A stretch of 64,000 nt of DNA from positions 3,264,001 to 3,328,000 of the forward strand of contig OY761159.2 of the NCBI GenBank assembly GCA_963664395.2, given 5' to 3'. Under the pieces are notes generated by a model, which saw only the letters and a list, made by a program, of their open reading frames with translations, was not told the origin of the DNA and ran no database searches. A program made the position numbers and the translations under genes. The DNA is from Candidatus Binatia bacterium. GTDB taxonomy: Bacteria > Desulfobacterota > Binatia > Bin18. Below, in pieces: positions 45,077 through 55,154 of the stretch (within the stretch, counting starts at the first letter, position 1; every line of letters begins with the position of its first letter).

Positions 45077-46441
45077 ATGGCACCCCGTCATCCTCACTTG
45101 AAGAACCAGAACAATTTATTTGCTCATACTGCCGAAAAGGAGGCGGCCAAGAAAGCCCCTCTGGCCGAGCGTCTACGCCCGCAGACGCTGGATGCCTATG
45201 TCGGTCAGACGCATCTCCTCGGTCCAGGCCGCTTACTGCGTCAAATGGTTGAGCAGAAAACACTCACCTCGCTGATCTTATGGGGACCGCCGGGCAGTGG
45301 CAAAACAACCCTGGCCCACCTGCTCGCTCAGTCGGTAGCGCTGCCCTTTGTGGGCTTTTCAGCGGTGCTGTTCGGGGTCAAAGAGTTGCGTCTCATTCTT
45401 GCGGACGCGCAGCTGCACCGGCAGCAAACGGGTGAAGCTACCGTCTTGTTTGTGGATGAAATTCACCGTTTTAACAAAGCCCAACAAGACGCCTTTCTGC
45501 CCCATGTGGAGCAAGGTCTGATTATTCTGATCGGCGCAACAACGGAAAATCCATCTTTTGAAGTGATTGCGCCACTCTTGTCGCGCTCCCGCGTGGTGGT
45601 GCTGGAAGCGCTTGAAGCAGAGCAGCTTGTCCGGATTCTGCACCGCGCGGTGCAGGACACAGACAGCGGCCTGGGCCGGCACCAGATTGCAGCAGACGAA
45701 GAGGTGCTGCGTACAATCGCCGAGTACGCGCAGGGGGATGCCCGGGTCGCCTTAAACACCCTTGAGGTCGTAACAACCCTGGCGGTCCAAAAAAAAGCCG
45801 CCCGCCTTGACCTGGCTCTCGTGCAAGAGGCAACCCAGCATAAGGCGATCCTGTACGATAAGGGTGGTGAGGAACATTATAATATCATCTCCGCCTTTAT
45901 TAAGAGCTTGCGCGGGAGTGATCCTGACGCGGCGTTGTACTGGATGCTGCGCATGCTGGAGGCCGGGGAAGACATCCTCTTTATTGCCAGAAGGATGGTG
46001 ATCTTTGCAGCCGAAGACATTGGGAATGCCGATCCACAGGCGCTGTCTCTTGCTGTTGCGACAAAGGAAGCGGTGCATTTTGTCGGGCTGCCGGAGGCGC
46101 GTATTCCATTGGCCCAGGCCACAACCTACCTGGCAACCGCACCCAAATCGAACGCGTCATACAAAGCCATGCTGGCCGCCCAGGAAGATGTGAAAACATA
46201 TGGCCCTTTGCCGGTCCCGCTCCACTTGCGCAACGCGCCGACAAAATTGATGCAAAACCTGGGTTATGGCAAGGAGTATCAGTATGCGCATGATTACGAG
46301 GACGCCCGTGTGACACAGACCCATTTGCCTGAGAAGCTGACCCAACGTCGGTATTATCAGCCCAGCGAGCACGGACATGAAAAAGTGATGAGCGAGCGGT
46401 TGAATGCACGGCGAAAAAGGCGCGCCGGAACAAAAGACTGA
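45077..46441 (+). CDS. rarA: Replication-associated recombination protein A (MgsA)
   Basis: PLAERLRP, GPPGSGKT, DEIHRFNKAQQD, SAFIKSLRGSDPDA. Confidence 0.95.
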   Translation: MAPRHPHLKNQNNLFAHTAEKEAAKKAPLAERLRPQTLDAYVGQTHLLGPGRLLRQMVEQKTLTSLILWGPPGSGKTTLAHLLAQSVALPFVGFSAVLFGVKELRLILADAQLHRQQTGEATVLFVDEIHRFNKAQQDAFLPHVEQGLIILIGATTENPSFEVIAPLLSRSRVVVLEALEAEQLVRILHRAVQDTDSGLGRHQIAADEEVLRTIAEYAQGDARVALNTLEVVTTLAVQKKAARLDLALVQEATQHKAILYDKGGEEHYNIISAFIKSLRGSDPDAALYWMLRMLEAGEDILFIARRMVIFAAEDIGNADPQALSLAVATKEAVHFVGLPEARIPLAQATTYLATAPKSNASYKAMLAAQEDVKTYGPLPVPLHLRNAPTKLMQNLGYGKEYQYAHDYEDARVTQTHLPEKLTQRRYYQPSEHGHEKVMSERLNARRKRRAGTKD

Positions 46442-46506
46442 AAAGAAGCGGAGACCGGCTGACGCGGCGCATGCAGCCGCCCTGCAAGAGGTGAGGAGGA
46501 ATACGC

Positions 46507-47661
46507 ATGGAATACACACCACCCGAATCTTTTACGATCACCATTCCCGACGCGGTGCTTGATGATCTGAAAAATCGGCTCAACCGCGTTCGCTGGCCGG
46601 GCGAGTTGCCCAACTCAGACTGGGATTACGGAGCGAATCTATCCTATATCCGGCAACTCGTTGAATACTGGCGCACCCAGTATGACTGGCGCGCCCAGGA
46701 GCGGGCGATGAATCGCTGGACGCATTTCAAAACCGCTATAGGCGGCCAAGGGATTCATTTTATTCATGCGCGCGGGAAAGGCCCCGCTCCACTGCCACTG
46801 ATTATTTCGCACGGTTGGCCCGGTTCGTTTTATGAGTTTATGGATGTGATCGGGCCATTAACCGATCCTGCCGCCCACGGCGGCGACCCAGCCGACGCGT
46901 TCGATGTGGTGGTGCCGTCTCTGCCGGGCTATGGATTTTCCGACCCGCCGCACGAGCGCGCAGTCAATATCAGTCGCATGGCCGAGTGGTTTGCCGTCTT
47001 GATGAAAGAGGTCCTCGGCTATGAGCGCTACGGAGCCCAGGGGGGCGACTGGGGTTCAATGATTTCGTCTCGGCTGGGCTATGCCTATCCTGAGCAGTTG
47101 ATCGGCGTCCATCTCAATATGGTCGGCATTGCACCCCACCCGGCGAACCGCCAAAACTTGAGCACCGCCGAAGAGGCGTTTCTGAAAGGGATGGGCACCT
47201 GGCAACGAGAGGAACGCGGCTACCAGGAAATTCAGGGTACCAAGCCCCAGACCTTAGGCTTTGCGCTCAATGACTCGCCGGTTGGATTATGTGCCTGGAT
47301 CGTTGAAAAATTTCGGACGTGGAGCGACTGCGATGGGAATCCGGAAAACTCGTATACCAAAGACCAACTGCTCACCAACGTCATGCTCTACTGGGTCACG
47401 CAGACTTTCCACTCGGCCTCACGGATTTATTATGAGGAGCGGCATCATCCGTGGCGGCTCGGAAAAGACGAAAAAGTGAGTGTGCCCACCGGGATCGCCG
47501 TCTTTCCAAAAGAGATTGCCTGTGCTCCGCGGGAATGGGCTGAGCGGGCGTATAATGTCCGGCACTGGACTGCCATGCCTGCCGGTGGCCATTTTGCGGC
47601 CATGGAGCAGCCTGAGTTGATGGTAAAGGATATTCGGGCGTTCTTCCGCGGTTTGCGTTAA
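46507..47661 (+). CDS. Epoxide hydrolase (microsomal type, EHN domain)
   Basis: HGWPGS, QGGDWG, GGHFAAMEQP. Confidence 0.93.
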   Translation: MEYTPPESFTITIPDAVLDDLKNRLNRVRWPGELPNSDWDYGANLSYIRQLVEYWRTQYDWRAQERAMNRWTHFKTAIGGQGIHFIHARGKGPAPLPLIISHGWPGSFYEFMDVIGPLTDPAAHGGDPADAFDVVVPSLPGYGFSDPPHERAVNISRMAEWFAVLMKEVLGYERYGAQGGDWGSMISSRLGYAYPEQLIGVHLNMVGIAPHPANRQNLSTAEEAFLKGMGTWQREERGYQEIQGTKPQTLGFALNDSPVGLCAWIVEKFRTWSDCDGNPENSYTKDQLLTNVMLYWVTQTFHSASRIYYEERHHPWRLGKDEKVSVPTGIAVFPKEIACAPREWAERAYNVRHWTAMPAGGHFAAMEQPELMVKDIRAFFRGLR

Positions 47662-47666
47662 TTCCA

Positions 47667-48371
47667 ATGGCTGACTACCACAAAATTATTCTCCACGGCT
47701 CACGCCGCTCACCTTTTGTGGAGAAGGTCTATCGGGGCCTCATGCTCAAACGACTGCCGTTTGAGATACACGAGCCCCACACGTTGCAGGATGTGCGTCG
47801 GAATAACCCCACGACGGGCAAGATGCCGGCGCTTGAACTGGATGGACAGCTGCTCTTTGATTCGACGTTTATTCTTCGCGCCCTTGACGACTACCAGCCC
47901 AGTCCGCTGTTGCTGTCAGCCGACCCGCTGCTTGCTGCGCAACAACGGTTGATTGAGGATTGGGCGGACGAGTCCTTATATTGGTATGGTCTGGCCCTGC
48001 GGTGGACGATTCCGGCTAATGCAAAACGCGCCCTCCAAACTTTTGTGTCAGCGGCTCCGCCACTTCTCCGTCCCGTAGTAAAAATCATGGCTCCGCGCAT
48101 GATGCGGTCACAGATTCGTGCCCAAGGGACGGGCCGTCTACCGGCACAGACGCTTGTGCGCGAACTGGATGGACACTTGGCGGCCTTGGTCAAAATGGTC
48201 GGGCGGGGTCCCTTCTTCTTTGGCCTGGACCAGCCCAGTGTCGCCGACCTGGCAGTCTACGGACAATTGTTTTTCCTGCACGATAGCATCACGCCCGAAG
48301 GCCAGGAAACGGTTGAAAACCATCCCGCGCTGACCGAGCTGTGTCTGCGTTTGGACGTGATGACAGGCTAG
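47667..48371 (+). CDS. Glutathione S-transferase family protein
   Basis: SPFVEKV, GKMPAL, DSTFI, PSVADLAVYG. Confidence 0.88.
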   Translation: MADYHKIILHGSRRSPFVEKVYRGLMLKRLPFEIHEPHTLQDVRRNNPTTGKMPALELDGQLLFDSTFILRALDDYQPSPLLLSADPLLAAQQRLIEDWADESLYWYGLALRWTIPANAKRALQTFVSAAPPLLRPVVKIMAPRMMRSQIRAQGTGRLPAQTLVRELDGHLAALVKMVGRGPFFFGLDQPSVADLAVYGQLFFLHDSITPEGQETVENHPALTELCLRLDVMTG

Positions 48372-48381
48372 GGGTAGTTCA

Positions 48382-48765
48382 TCAGCGCTGCCCTTCGTCC
48401 GGGGTGATCTCAAAGGCGAAGGCTTCTGTATACCAGCCGATCCAGCGAAAGAGGCGGGCACGGAAATATTTGCGAAAGAAGAGCGGAAAAATATCGTCTT
48501 GAACCTGTTTCCCCTCCAGCCAGACTGCCGTTCCCTGGAGGCGGGTTGAGCCCATTTGACAGGTGACTGTAGGCGTCTGTTTCAAATTCTTCACCCACTG
48601 TGAGTCCGAGCCTCGACCGGACGAGACATAAATCTTGTCCTGGGTTGCCACAAACCAGATCTTGACCGTGCGTGGTGTACCCGTCTTTCTGCCCAAGACT
48701 GTCAGTTCAATAAGCGACTTGCGATTGAGGCCGGCAACGTCGTGAGAGTCGTTTGAGCTGGCCAT
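48382..48765 (-). CDS. Nitroreductase/quinone reductase family deazaflavin-dependent oxidoreductase (Ddn-like)
   Basis: LTVLGRKTG.PR...IWF, SQWVKNL...P. Confidence 0.8.
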   Translation of the reverse strand: MASSNDSHDVAGLNRKSLIELTVLGRKTGTPRTVKIWFVATQDKIYVSSGRGSDSQWVKNLKQTPTVTCQMGSTRLQGTAVWLEGKQVQDDIFPLFFRKYFRARLFRWIGWYTEAFAFEITPDEGQR

Positions 48766-48775
48766 AGCGTCGTCA

Positions 48776-49873
48776 TCATTTAAGCGGAACGAAGTGTCCC
48801 TCTACACGCTGGAGGTTTCGAGGCTCGATGGTAATCGTCCGCTCCGGGGATGCGACTGTGGTGCCGATGCGCCACGCCCGGACATCATGCGCGGCTGCGA
48901 TCTGCATCACGCGGTCAGCCTCTGCTTCAGCAACAACCACACAGAAGCCAATACCCATATTATAGACTTGGTACATTTCCGCGTCGGTGAGCTGCCCAAT
49001 GTCCTGCAATACGGTGAAGATCGGGGGAGGGGGGGGCAGGGTGTGGATATGATAGCCAACTGCGGCCTCGGTCCGGGTGAGATTGAAGAAGCCGTCTCCG
49101 GTGATGTGGATAAGGGCTTTGAGCTGAATGTCGGCCGCAAACATGGCGGTGATTTCAGGAACATAAATGTGGGTTGGTTCAAGCAGTTCTTCTCCAACCG
49201 TGCGTCCGAGTTCTTGCAGATAGCTATCCACCTTGAGTCGGGCGTCTTTGAGCAGAACCTGTCGGGCCAAGGTCAAGCCATTACTATGGATGCCACTACT
49301 GGCAAGACCGATCAGCGTATCTCCCGGTTCGACCTCTTTGCCGATAATAACACGGTCAAGAGGAACAGTGCCGATGGCTGTGCCCGCGAGGTCCAAGCCA
49401 CCGCCGTCCCGAATGCCGTGAATCATCTCCTTGAGCTGAGCAATTTCTCCGCCTAAAATATTGACTTTGGCTCGCTGTGCGCCGCGATACAGGCCTTGAC
49501 CTAAGGCGTCGAGCACATCTGGCTGCAAGCTCTCGACCGCGACATAATCCACAAACGAGATCGGGGTCGCACCAACGCACAACAAGTCGTTGACGTTCAT
49601 GGCGATACAGTCAATGCCAACCGTGTCGTATTTTCCCAGCAGCTCTGCCACCAGGAGTTTGGTTCCGACCCCATCCGTGGTAACGCCGATGCCGAGGTTG
49701 AGCCCGTCGAGACGAATGATATTGGCAAAATATCCAAGGGGCAGATAGGGCCGAGCAGTGGGGCTAAAGGAGAAGGTTTGTTCGACCCAAGCGCGGAGGC
49801 GATCTAAACCGGCTTCGGCCTTCGTGCTATCAACACCTGAGGCCGCATACTGTGGGTCTCTCGCTTGGTCCAT
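48776..49873 (-). CDS. purM: Phosphoribosylformylglycinamidine cyclo-ligase (AIR synthase)
   Basis: YAASGVD, TDGVGTK, AMNVND, SSGIHSNG, HITG, YNMGIG. Confidence 0.95.
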   Translation of the reverse strand: MDQARDPQYAASGVDSTKAEAGLDRLRAWVEQTFSFSPTARPYLPLGYFANIIRLDGLNLGIGVTTDGVGTKLLVAELLGKYDTVGIDCIAMNVNDLLCVGATPISFVDYVAVESLQPDVLDALGQGLYRGAQRAKVNILGGEIAQLKEMIHGIRDGGGLDLAGTAIGTVPLDRVIIGKEVEPGDTLIGLASSGIHSNGLTLARQVLLKDARLKVDSYLQELGRTVGEELLEPTHIYVPEITAMFAADIQLKALIHITGDGFFNLTRTEAAVGYHIHTLPPPPPIFTVLQDIGQLTDAEMYQVYNMGIGFCVVVAEAEADRVMQIAAAHDVRAWRIGTTVASPERTITIEPRNLQRVEGHFVPLK

Positions 49874-50015
49874 AATGGTGTCTCGTTCTACCGAATCTCT
49901 CACTTGAAGGCAATCCGTCTGGCCTTGCTCTTGACTCCATACCGAGCCCGGCTCACTATGGGGAGAGTCCACGGATACGTTTTGTCAGTCCTGCAAGACT
50001 GCATGTCAGACGCCT

Positions 50016-51908
50016 ATGTATGAAGCGTTTTACGGTTTTCAGGAAAACCCGTTTCGCCTCACCCCAGATCCACGCTATCTCTTTCTGAGCGTCAATCACC
50101 AGGAGGCCCTTGGCCATCTCCTGTTTGGGGTGAGTGAAGGCAATGGCGTGGTGGTCCTGACTGGAGAAATTGGCGCGGGGAAAACCACGCTCCTGCGTAC
50201 CCTGGTGGGCGACCTGAATGCGTCCACAACGGTCGCGTATATTTTTAACCCTGCGCTTTCCGCTGTTGAGCTATTGCAGTCGATCAATGCCGACCTCGGA
50301 CTCTCAGCTGACTCGACGAGCAAAAAAGATTTAACCGACGAACTGAACCATTTTCTTCTTGCCCAACAGGCTGCGGGACGACGGGTCGTTGTGATTGTCG
50401 ATGAAGCCCAGAACCTGGAACCGTCGGTTTTAGAACAGCTTCGCCTTCTCTCTAACCTTGAGACAGAACAAGAAAAGCTGCTGCACATCATTCTTGCCGG
50501 GCAACCAGAGCTGCGTGAGATGCTGGCCAAGCCAGAACTTGCGCAGCTCGACCAGCGCGTGACCCTACGCTGGCATCTTGGGCCGTTACGCGCGGAAGAA
50601 GCCGCGGCCTACGTCCGACATCGGCTCTGCATCGCCGGCGATGGACGAGAAGCGCCGCTTTTTTCGCCCGCGGCTTTACGGCAGGTATACCGTTTTTCGG
50701 GCGGCATCCCCCGGCTCATCAATATCCTGTGCCACCGGGTATTATTGGTTGGATATACCCAGGAAGAGACGTACATACGGCCAAAGATGATTCGTCACGC
50801 GATCAGGGAACTGCGTCGGCATACGACTGGCGGTCCGCGTTTTCGCTGGTCGCCGGCCACCGTGTCAACCGCGCTCGTCGTCGGAGGACTCCTGCTGGTC
50901 TGGGGAATGTTTGATATTCCTTCGGCGTGGAATCAACTGGATATTTTGGCGTCACAGGAAGAAGCACAACTCCCTCCTCCATCTCTCGTACCGAAAACGC
51001 AGGAGCGCGCTCCTCAGGAAGAACAGGAAGCAACGGCGTTGTCATCCGATCCGGAGCCACAGACTGGAGACGTTGCTATTACGGCATCCTCTCCTCAGGA
51101 ATTATTCCAGGCGCTCCAGCAGGACGAGATGCTGCCCAGTGCCGTGCGAGCGACACGGGAGCTTCTTGCCACGTGGCAGGGATTTCCTTTGGAAAAAACC
51201 GAGTGGCAAGGGGGCACGCTCGACTTGCCCGCAATTGCCGCCGCTCGTCAGCTTGAGTATCTGTCCGTGCGGAGTGATGTACGGCTCCTGACGCTGCTGG
51301 ATCTGCCGGTGATGGTGGGTTTGGCCGTTCCCCCTTCTCAGCAGACTTCTCAGCAGATGCGCTTTGCCCTGGTCCGCCAGATAACGGATACCCATTGCCT
51401 TGTCCGGCTTGGGCGAGATTATGTCGTGCCGCTCGAAGCGATTACTCACAATTGGTTTCGAGAAGCACACGTCTTTTGGAAAAACTACGAAGAGATCAGC
51501 GTGACCTTGGCTGTGGGCAGTAACGGGCCGTCGGTCGAGAAATTGCAGACTTTGTTGGCCAAGGTCCCCACGCCGTCTCATATGGGGACCTTGCTCGTAC
51601 ATCAGACGGGAAAGCCGACGCAGTTTTTTGGGCTACAGACGCACGACGCAGTGGCGCAATTTCAGAAAATACAGGGCCTTGCACCCGACGGAATCGTTGG
51701 GCCGCAGACCCTTATTCTCCTGTATCATCGCCTCCCCGGGTATATGCCGCCGAGTCTGAGTCGAACAGAGGTGGTGGGGAGTCCCTTTGCTGCTCAACGT
51801 CCAATGGTCGTGCGGCAGGGAGCAAGCCATGCCAGCGCCGACCTTCCTTCTCGTGTAGAGCAGGGCAAGCACATTGAGCAATTGGAGCCAATAGGGAAGG
51901 ACGCATGA
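50016..51908 (+). CDS. exeA: ExeA/GspA-family AAA ATPase with C-terminal peptidoglycan-binding domain
   Basis: PF.LTPDP, GEIGAGKT, DEAQNL, LRLLSNLET, FQK..GL.PDGIVGPQT. Confidence 0.88.
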   Translation: MYEAFYGFQENPFRLTPDPRYLFLSVNHQEALGHLLFGVSEGNGVVVLTGEIGAGKTTLLRTLVGDLNASTTVAYIFNPALSAVELLQSINADLGLSADSTSKKDLTDELNHFLLAQQAAGRRVVVIVDEAQNLEPSVLEQLRLLSNLETEQEKLLHIILAGQPELREMLAKPELAQLDQRVTLRWHLGPLRAEEAAAYVRHRLCIAGDGREAPLFSPAALRQVYRFSGGIPRLINILCHRVLLVGYTQEETYIRPKMIRHAIRELRRHTTGGPRFRWSPATVSTALVVGGLLLVWGMFDIPSAWNQLDILASQEEAQLPPPSLVPKTQERAPQEEQEATALSSDPEPQTGDVAITASSPQELFQALQQDEMLPSAVRATRELLATWQGFPLEKTEWQGGTLDLPAIAAARQLEYLSVRSDVRLLTLLDLPVMVGLAVPPSQQTSQQMRFALVRQITDTHCLVRLGRDYVVPLEAITHNWFREAHVFWKNYEEISVTLAVGSNGPSVEKLQTLLAKVPTPSHMGTLLVHQTGKPTQFFGLQTHDAVAQFQKIQGLAPDGIVGPQTLILLYHRLPGYMPPSLSRTEVVGSPFAAQRPMVVRQGASHASADLPSRVEQGKHIEQLEPIGKDA

Positions 51909-52858
51909 GCACGATTCTCGAGGCCCTCCGAAAAATTGAAGAAGAAAGACAAGGGCAGGCTGGCGAGGTCCGGGCTCGCTTGTTGACGCGGTCCGCTCGA
52001 CGTATCTCTCCTGCCCCTCCACACAGGTCTCTGCTGTGGACGGCTGGTGTGAGTTTTATTCTGGCAGGATTTACCGTAGGCGTATGGGTAGCCGGTCAGG
52101 AGGGAACACCTGCGGAAGAGAGTGGCACGCTTCTAACTCGTCTCTCAAAAGATGCTGAGACCGGATACCGCTTTCCGCCGCCGGCTGTGTCTGACAGTTT
52201 TGGAGATTCTGAGAAAACAGTCTCCGCAGGCACAGAGCCGCAAGCGCAAGAAGGACAGAAAAGAACAGGGAGTGTCACTGACCCCTTGACGCCTGAGCAC
52301 CCTCTGACGCCTGAGCACCCTCTTGTCCTCTCAGAGCCGCCGCCTATTCAGGATTCACCCTTCGTCTCCTCGACCCAAATCGCTCTGCGTAAGCCGCCTG
52401 TGGACGCCGCCCCCCAGGAGTTTTCTGAGCCAAGTAGCGGGAAAGCCCGCCAACAACGGGCAGAACCTCAAAAGCGCAAAGACAGAGTACCGCACGTCTC
52501 CGAGACGGTAGGCGAGATACCGGAGAGTGTACAAGGGGAGGGGGGAAGAGAGGCGCATGGCGGAGATATGGAGGGCTACAGGCAAGAAAAATCGCTTGAG
52601 CAAGGGGAACCGGCAGGTAGGGGGGAGTCGGACGAATCGGAAGATGCCTATGCCCCCGCCCCGGCCAATTCAGCCCTCAGCTTTCTTCAGTGGTCACCCG
52701 AGTCGGCAAGACGAAAAGCCTTTGTACGGGTCGGAGGGAGTCCTTTTACCCTTGTCCACGAAGGTGATTCTGTTGGCGGCTATACGGTCGTTGAAATCCA
52801 GCAAGACGCGGTCGCGCTTCGGTCTGGTGCGACTCGCTTTCGATTACGCGTTCGCTAA
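51905..52858 (+). CDS. ExeB/GspB-like bitopic protein
   Basis: MSTILEALRK N-terminus, TM segment, low-complexity linker, C-terminal VHEGD.V.G..VVEI; overlaps exeA. Confidence 0.78.
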   Translation: MSTILEALRKIEEERQGQAGEVRARLLTRSARRISPAPPHRSLLWTAGVSFILAGFTVGVWVAGQEGTPAEESGTLLTRLSKDAETGYRFPPPAVSDSFGDSEKTVSAGTEPQAQEGQKRTGSVTDPLTPEHPLTPEHPLVLSEPPPIQDSPFVSSTQIALRKPPVDAAPQEFSEPSSGKARQQRAEPQKRKDRVPHVSETVGEIPESVQGEGGREAHGGDMEGYRQEKSLEQGEPAGRGESDESEDAYAPAPANSALSFLQWSPESARRKAFVRVGGSPFTLVHEGDSVGGYTVVEIQQDAVALRSGATRFRLRVR

Positions 52859-52899
52859 AGCCTTGGTGCCTCTCTGGCGGGAACTTGTGTGGGGGAGCA

Positions 52900-53019
52900 T
52901 CACGAGGCCGCAGCCTTTCTTGCCTTCGCCTCTCTCTTGATCTCTTTGGTCCGGCGCTTGAGTTCTTTTTCGCGACGTTTGCGGCGTCGACGGATCTCCT
53001 GATCTCTTTCTCTATGCAT
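52900..53019 (-). CDS. 39-aa highly basic protein MHRERDQEIRRRRKRREKELKRRTKEIKREAKARKAAAS
   Basis: GAGAGG RBS, clean ORF below the track cutoff; resembles DUF6800-type small proteins from memory. Confidence 0.65.
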   Translation of the reverse strand: MHRERDQEIRRRRKRREKELKRRTKEIKREAKARKAAAS

Positions 53020-53252
53020 GGTATTGCCTCTCCTTGTCCTCTTTCCGTTTGCTCTTGCGTGTGTCCCCTCGATCTTGAAGCGGGACTGAGGAGTCGTAGT
53101 ATATCCGTCTCAACACAGCCTGAAAACAGGGTACAATTCGCGCGTCGGAAAAAAAGGTGAGCTACTAGATATTGTAGACTATCCATTTTTTTGCTACAGG
53201 GAGTTGTGGATAGCCTGGAACGGGTCATATCCGCACTCAAGTCAGCGAGTGG

Positions 53253-53975
53253 GTGGAGGTGGTTGTGTCACAGGGAGGAACACCGCTATTTTCGATAAAA
53301 GGACTCAAGGGCGGCCCTACTTTCTTTTTCGCTGATCATGCCCCATTTGTCGATGTGGTTGCAGCGGTTGAGGAAGAATTAGTGCGGGCGAACGGTTTCT
53401 TTCGTGACTCTCCTATCGTGTTGCACTTTGGAGGGCGTACCCTACAAAAAGAAGAATGGTGGCAACTTAAAGATAGGCTCCACCGAGAAGGGTTGCTGCT
53501 GCGCTATGCGGTTTCAAACAGTCCTGTCAGCAGGGAGCTGCTGTACAAGGAAGGATTGTCCGTCCGGGAGACTATGTCGTCCGCTCGGGCGCGGAAAAAC
53601 ACTCAAGACATTCAAGACATTGTTCCGCCCGGAGGAGCGGGGGCATTATACCTGCGCCACGGGATGCGAGGCGGACAGAAGCAAGTTTTTGATGGAGATG
53701 TGATCCTGTGCGGGGATGTGAATCAGGGGGCGGAAATTATCGCGGGCGGGGATGTGATTGTGATAGGAACGCTCCGTGGAGTTGTTCACGCTGGCTATCC
53801 CGATAACAAAAGGACTGTGGTTGTCGCGCTGAGCCTGATGCCGTTGCAACTCAGGATTGGACCCCTGATCGCTATTCCAGAAGAAGAGCAGAACCACCGT
53901 GGCGTAATCCGCCCAGAAGTCGCCCGGATTCTGGATGACCAGATTGTGATTGAACCGTATAACGGGAAGTTATAG
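53253..53975 (+). CDS. minC: Septum site-determining protein MinC
   Basis: MRGGQ...GDVNQGAEIIAGGDVIV.GTLRGVVHAG; upstream of minD. Confidence 0.93.
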   Translation: MEVVVSQGGTPLFSIKGLKGGPTFFFADHAPFVDVVAAVEEELVRANGFFRDSPIVLHFGGRTLQKEEWWQLKDRLHREGLLLRYAVSNSPVSRELLYKEGLSVRETMSSARARKNTQDIQDIVPPGGAGALYLRHGMRGGQKQVFDGDVILCGDVNQGAEIIAGGDVIVIGTLRGVVHAGYPDNKRTVVVALSLMPLQLRIGPLIAIPEEEQNHRGVIRPEVARILDDQIVIEPYNGKL

Positions 53976-53987
53976 GAGACGCGAGCC

Positions 53988-54788
53988 ATGAGCGGACGAG
54001 CAATTGTCGTCACCTCCGGCAAGGGTGGTGTCGGGAAAACGACGGCGACCGCGAATATCGGCCTTGGTCTTGCCAGCCATGAGCGAAAGGTCGTGATGAT
54101 TGATGGGGATATCGGATTGCGCAATCTTGATCTCATCCTGGGAGTCGAAAACCGGGTCGTATATAATCTCGTTGACGTTGTGAGTGGACGCTGTCAGCCG
54201 CGGCAGGCGCTGGTCAAGGACAAACGGCTGCCGAACCTCTTTCTGATTCCGGCCTCGCAGATTGACCAAAAGGACGCGGTGAATACTGACCAGATGCGGG
54301 AGTTGTCCGCTCAGCTGAAGGAAGAATTCGATTTTGTCCTGATTGACTGCCCGGCTGGTATTGAGCAGGGTTTCCGAAACGCAGTGGCGGCGGCAGATGA
54401 AGCGATTATTATCACCACTCCGGATGTCTCTCCGGTCCGTGATGCAGACCGCGTCATTGGTCTGCTACAGGGCTCCTTGGGCGATCCTCAGCTCATTATT
54501 AATCGTATGTCCATGGACCTGGTAAAGCGGGGAGACATGCTTGACCAACAAGATGTGCTGGACATCTTGGCCGTCCGCCTCTTGGGAATTGTCCCAGAAG
54601 ATGAGGCAGTACTGATTGCCGGTAATAAAGGGACCCCGGTCGTCCTGAACCTGAATGGTGGCTCGCCGTCTGGTGATGCCTACGGGCGTATCGCGCGCAG
54701 GATTCTTGGGGAAGACGTTCCGATTCCCAAGCTGAACGGCCATGGCGGTTTCGTCAAGCGGCTCGGCAAAATCTTCTTTGGGAGATAG
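53988..54788 (+). CDS. minD: Septum site-determining ATPase MinD
   Basis: SGKGGVGKTT, DIGLRNLD, DCPAGIE, C-terminal amphipathic helix. Confidence 0.97.
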   Translation: MSGRAIVVTSGKGGVGKTTATANIGLGLASHERKVVMIDGDIGLRNLDLILGVENRVVYNLVDVVSGRCQPRQALVKDKRLPNLFLIPASQIDQKDAVNTDQMRELSAQLKEEFDFVLIDCPAGIEQGFRNAVAAADEAIIITTPDVSPVRDADRVIGLLQGSLGDPQLIINRMSMDLVKRGDMLDQQDVLDILAVRLLGIVPEDEAVLIAGNKGTPVVLNLNGGSPSGDAYGRIARRILGEDVPIPKLNGHGGFVKRLGKIFFGR

Positions 54789-54791
54789 CTC

Positions 54792-55085
54792 ATGACGTTA
54801 ATGGAACGTGTTCAACAATTTTTACATGGGAGTGGGAGCAAGACGGACGCCAAGGTACGCTTGCTCGGCATCATAGGGGATGATCGACTTGGCTTGACTG
54901 CGGAGGAGAAAGAAGAATTGAAGAAGGAGATCCTCGCTGTCATACGCAAGCACGTTGCCCGGAAGCAGGTCGCTATTGACGCCGATGGATTCACCATGGA
55001 GTTTGTTCATTATCCGCAGAAGGAAATACAGATGACAGCACCCATGCAGCGAGGTGAGAAAGCCGCAGTCAATGGGTCCGAATAG
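54792..55085 (+). CDS. minE: Cell division topological specificity factor MinE
   Basis: S...AK.RL..II..DR, LKKEILAVI.KHV; follows minD. Confidence 0.88.
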   Translation: MTLMERVQQFLHGSGSKTDAKVRLLGIIGDDRLGLTAEEKEELKKEILAVIRKHVARKQVAIDADGFTMEFVHYPQKEIQMTAPMQRGEKAAVNGSE

Positions 55086-55154
55086 GCATTGCTGTAGCCT
55101 GGACGAAAAAGTTGGCCGATAGGAAAAGGACGGCTCCCTCCCCAATTTTGACCG

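Noticed and set aside
52283-52323. 18-bp tandem duplication (PLTPEH x2) in the ExeB-like gene
   Set aside because: In-frame duplication in a disordered linker; ordinary.
50016-52858. exeAB as the secretion machine for the LENP proteins
   Set aside because: No secretin or other T2SS genes in the window and no linkage evidence.
53205-53213. DnaA-box-like TGTGGATAG upstream of minC as an oriC signal
   Set aside because: A single mismatched box, with no cluster or unwinding element.
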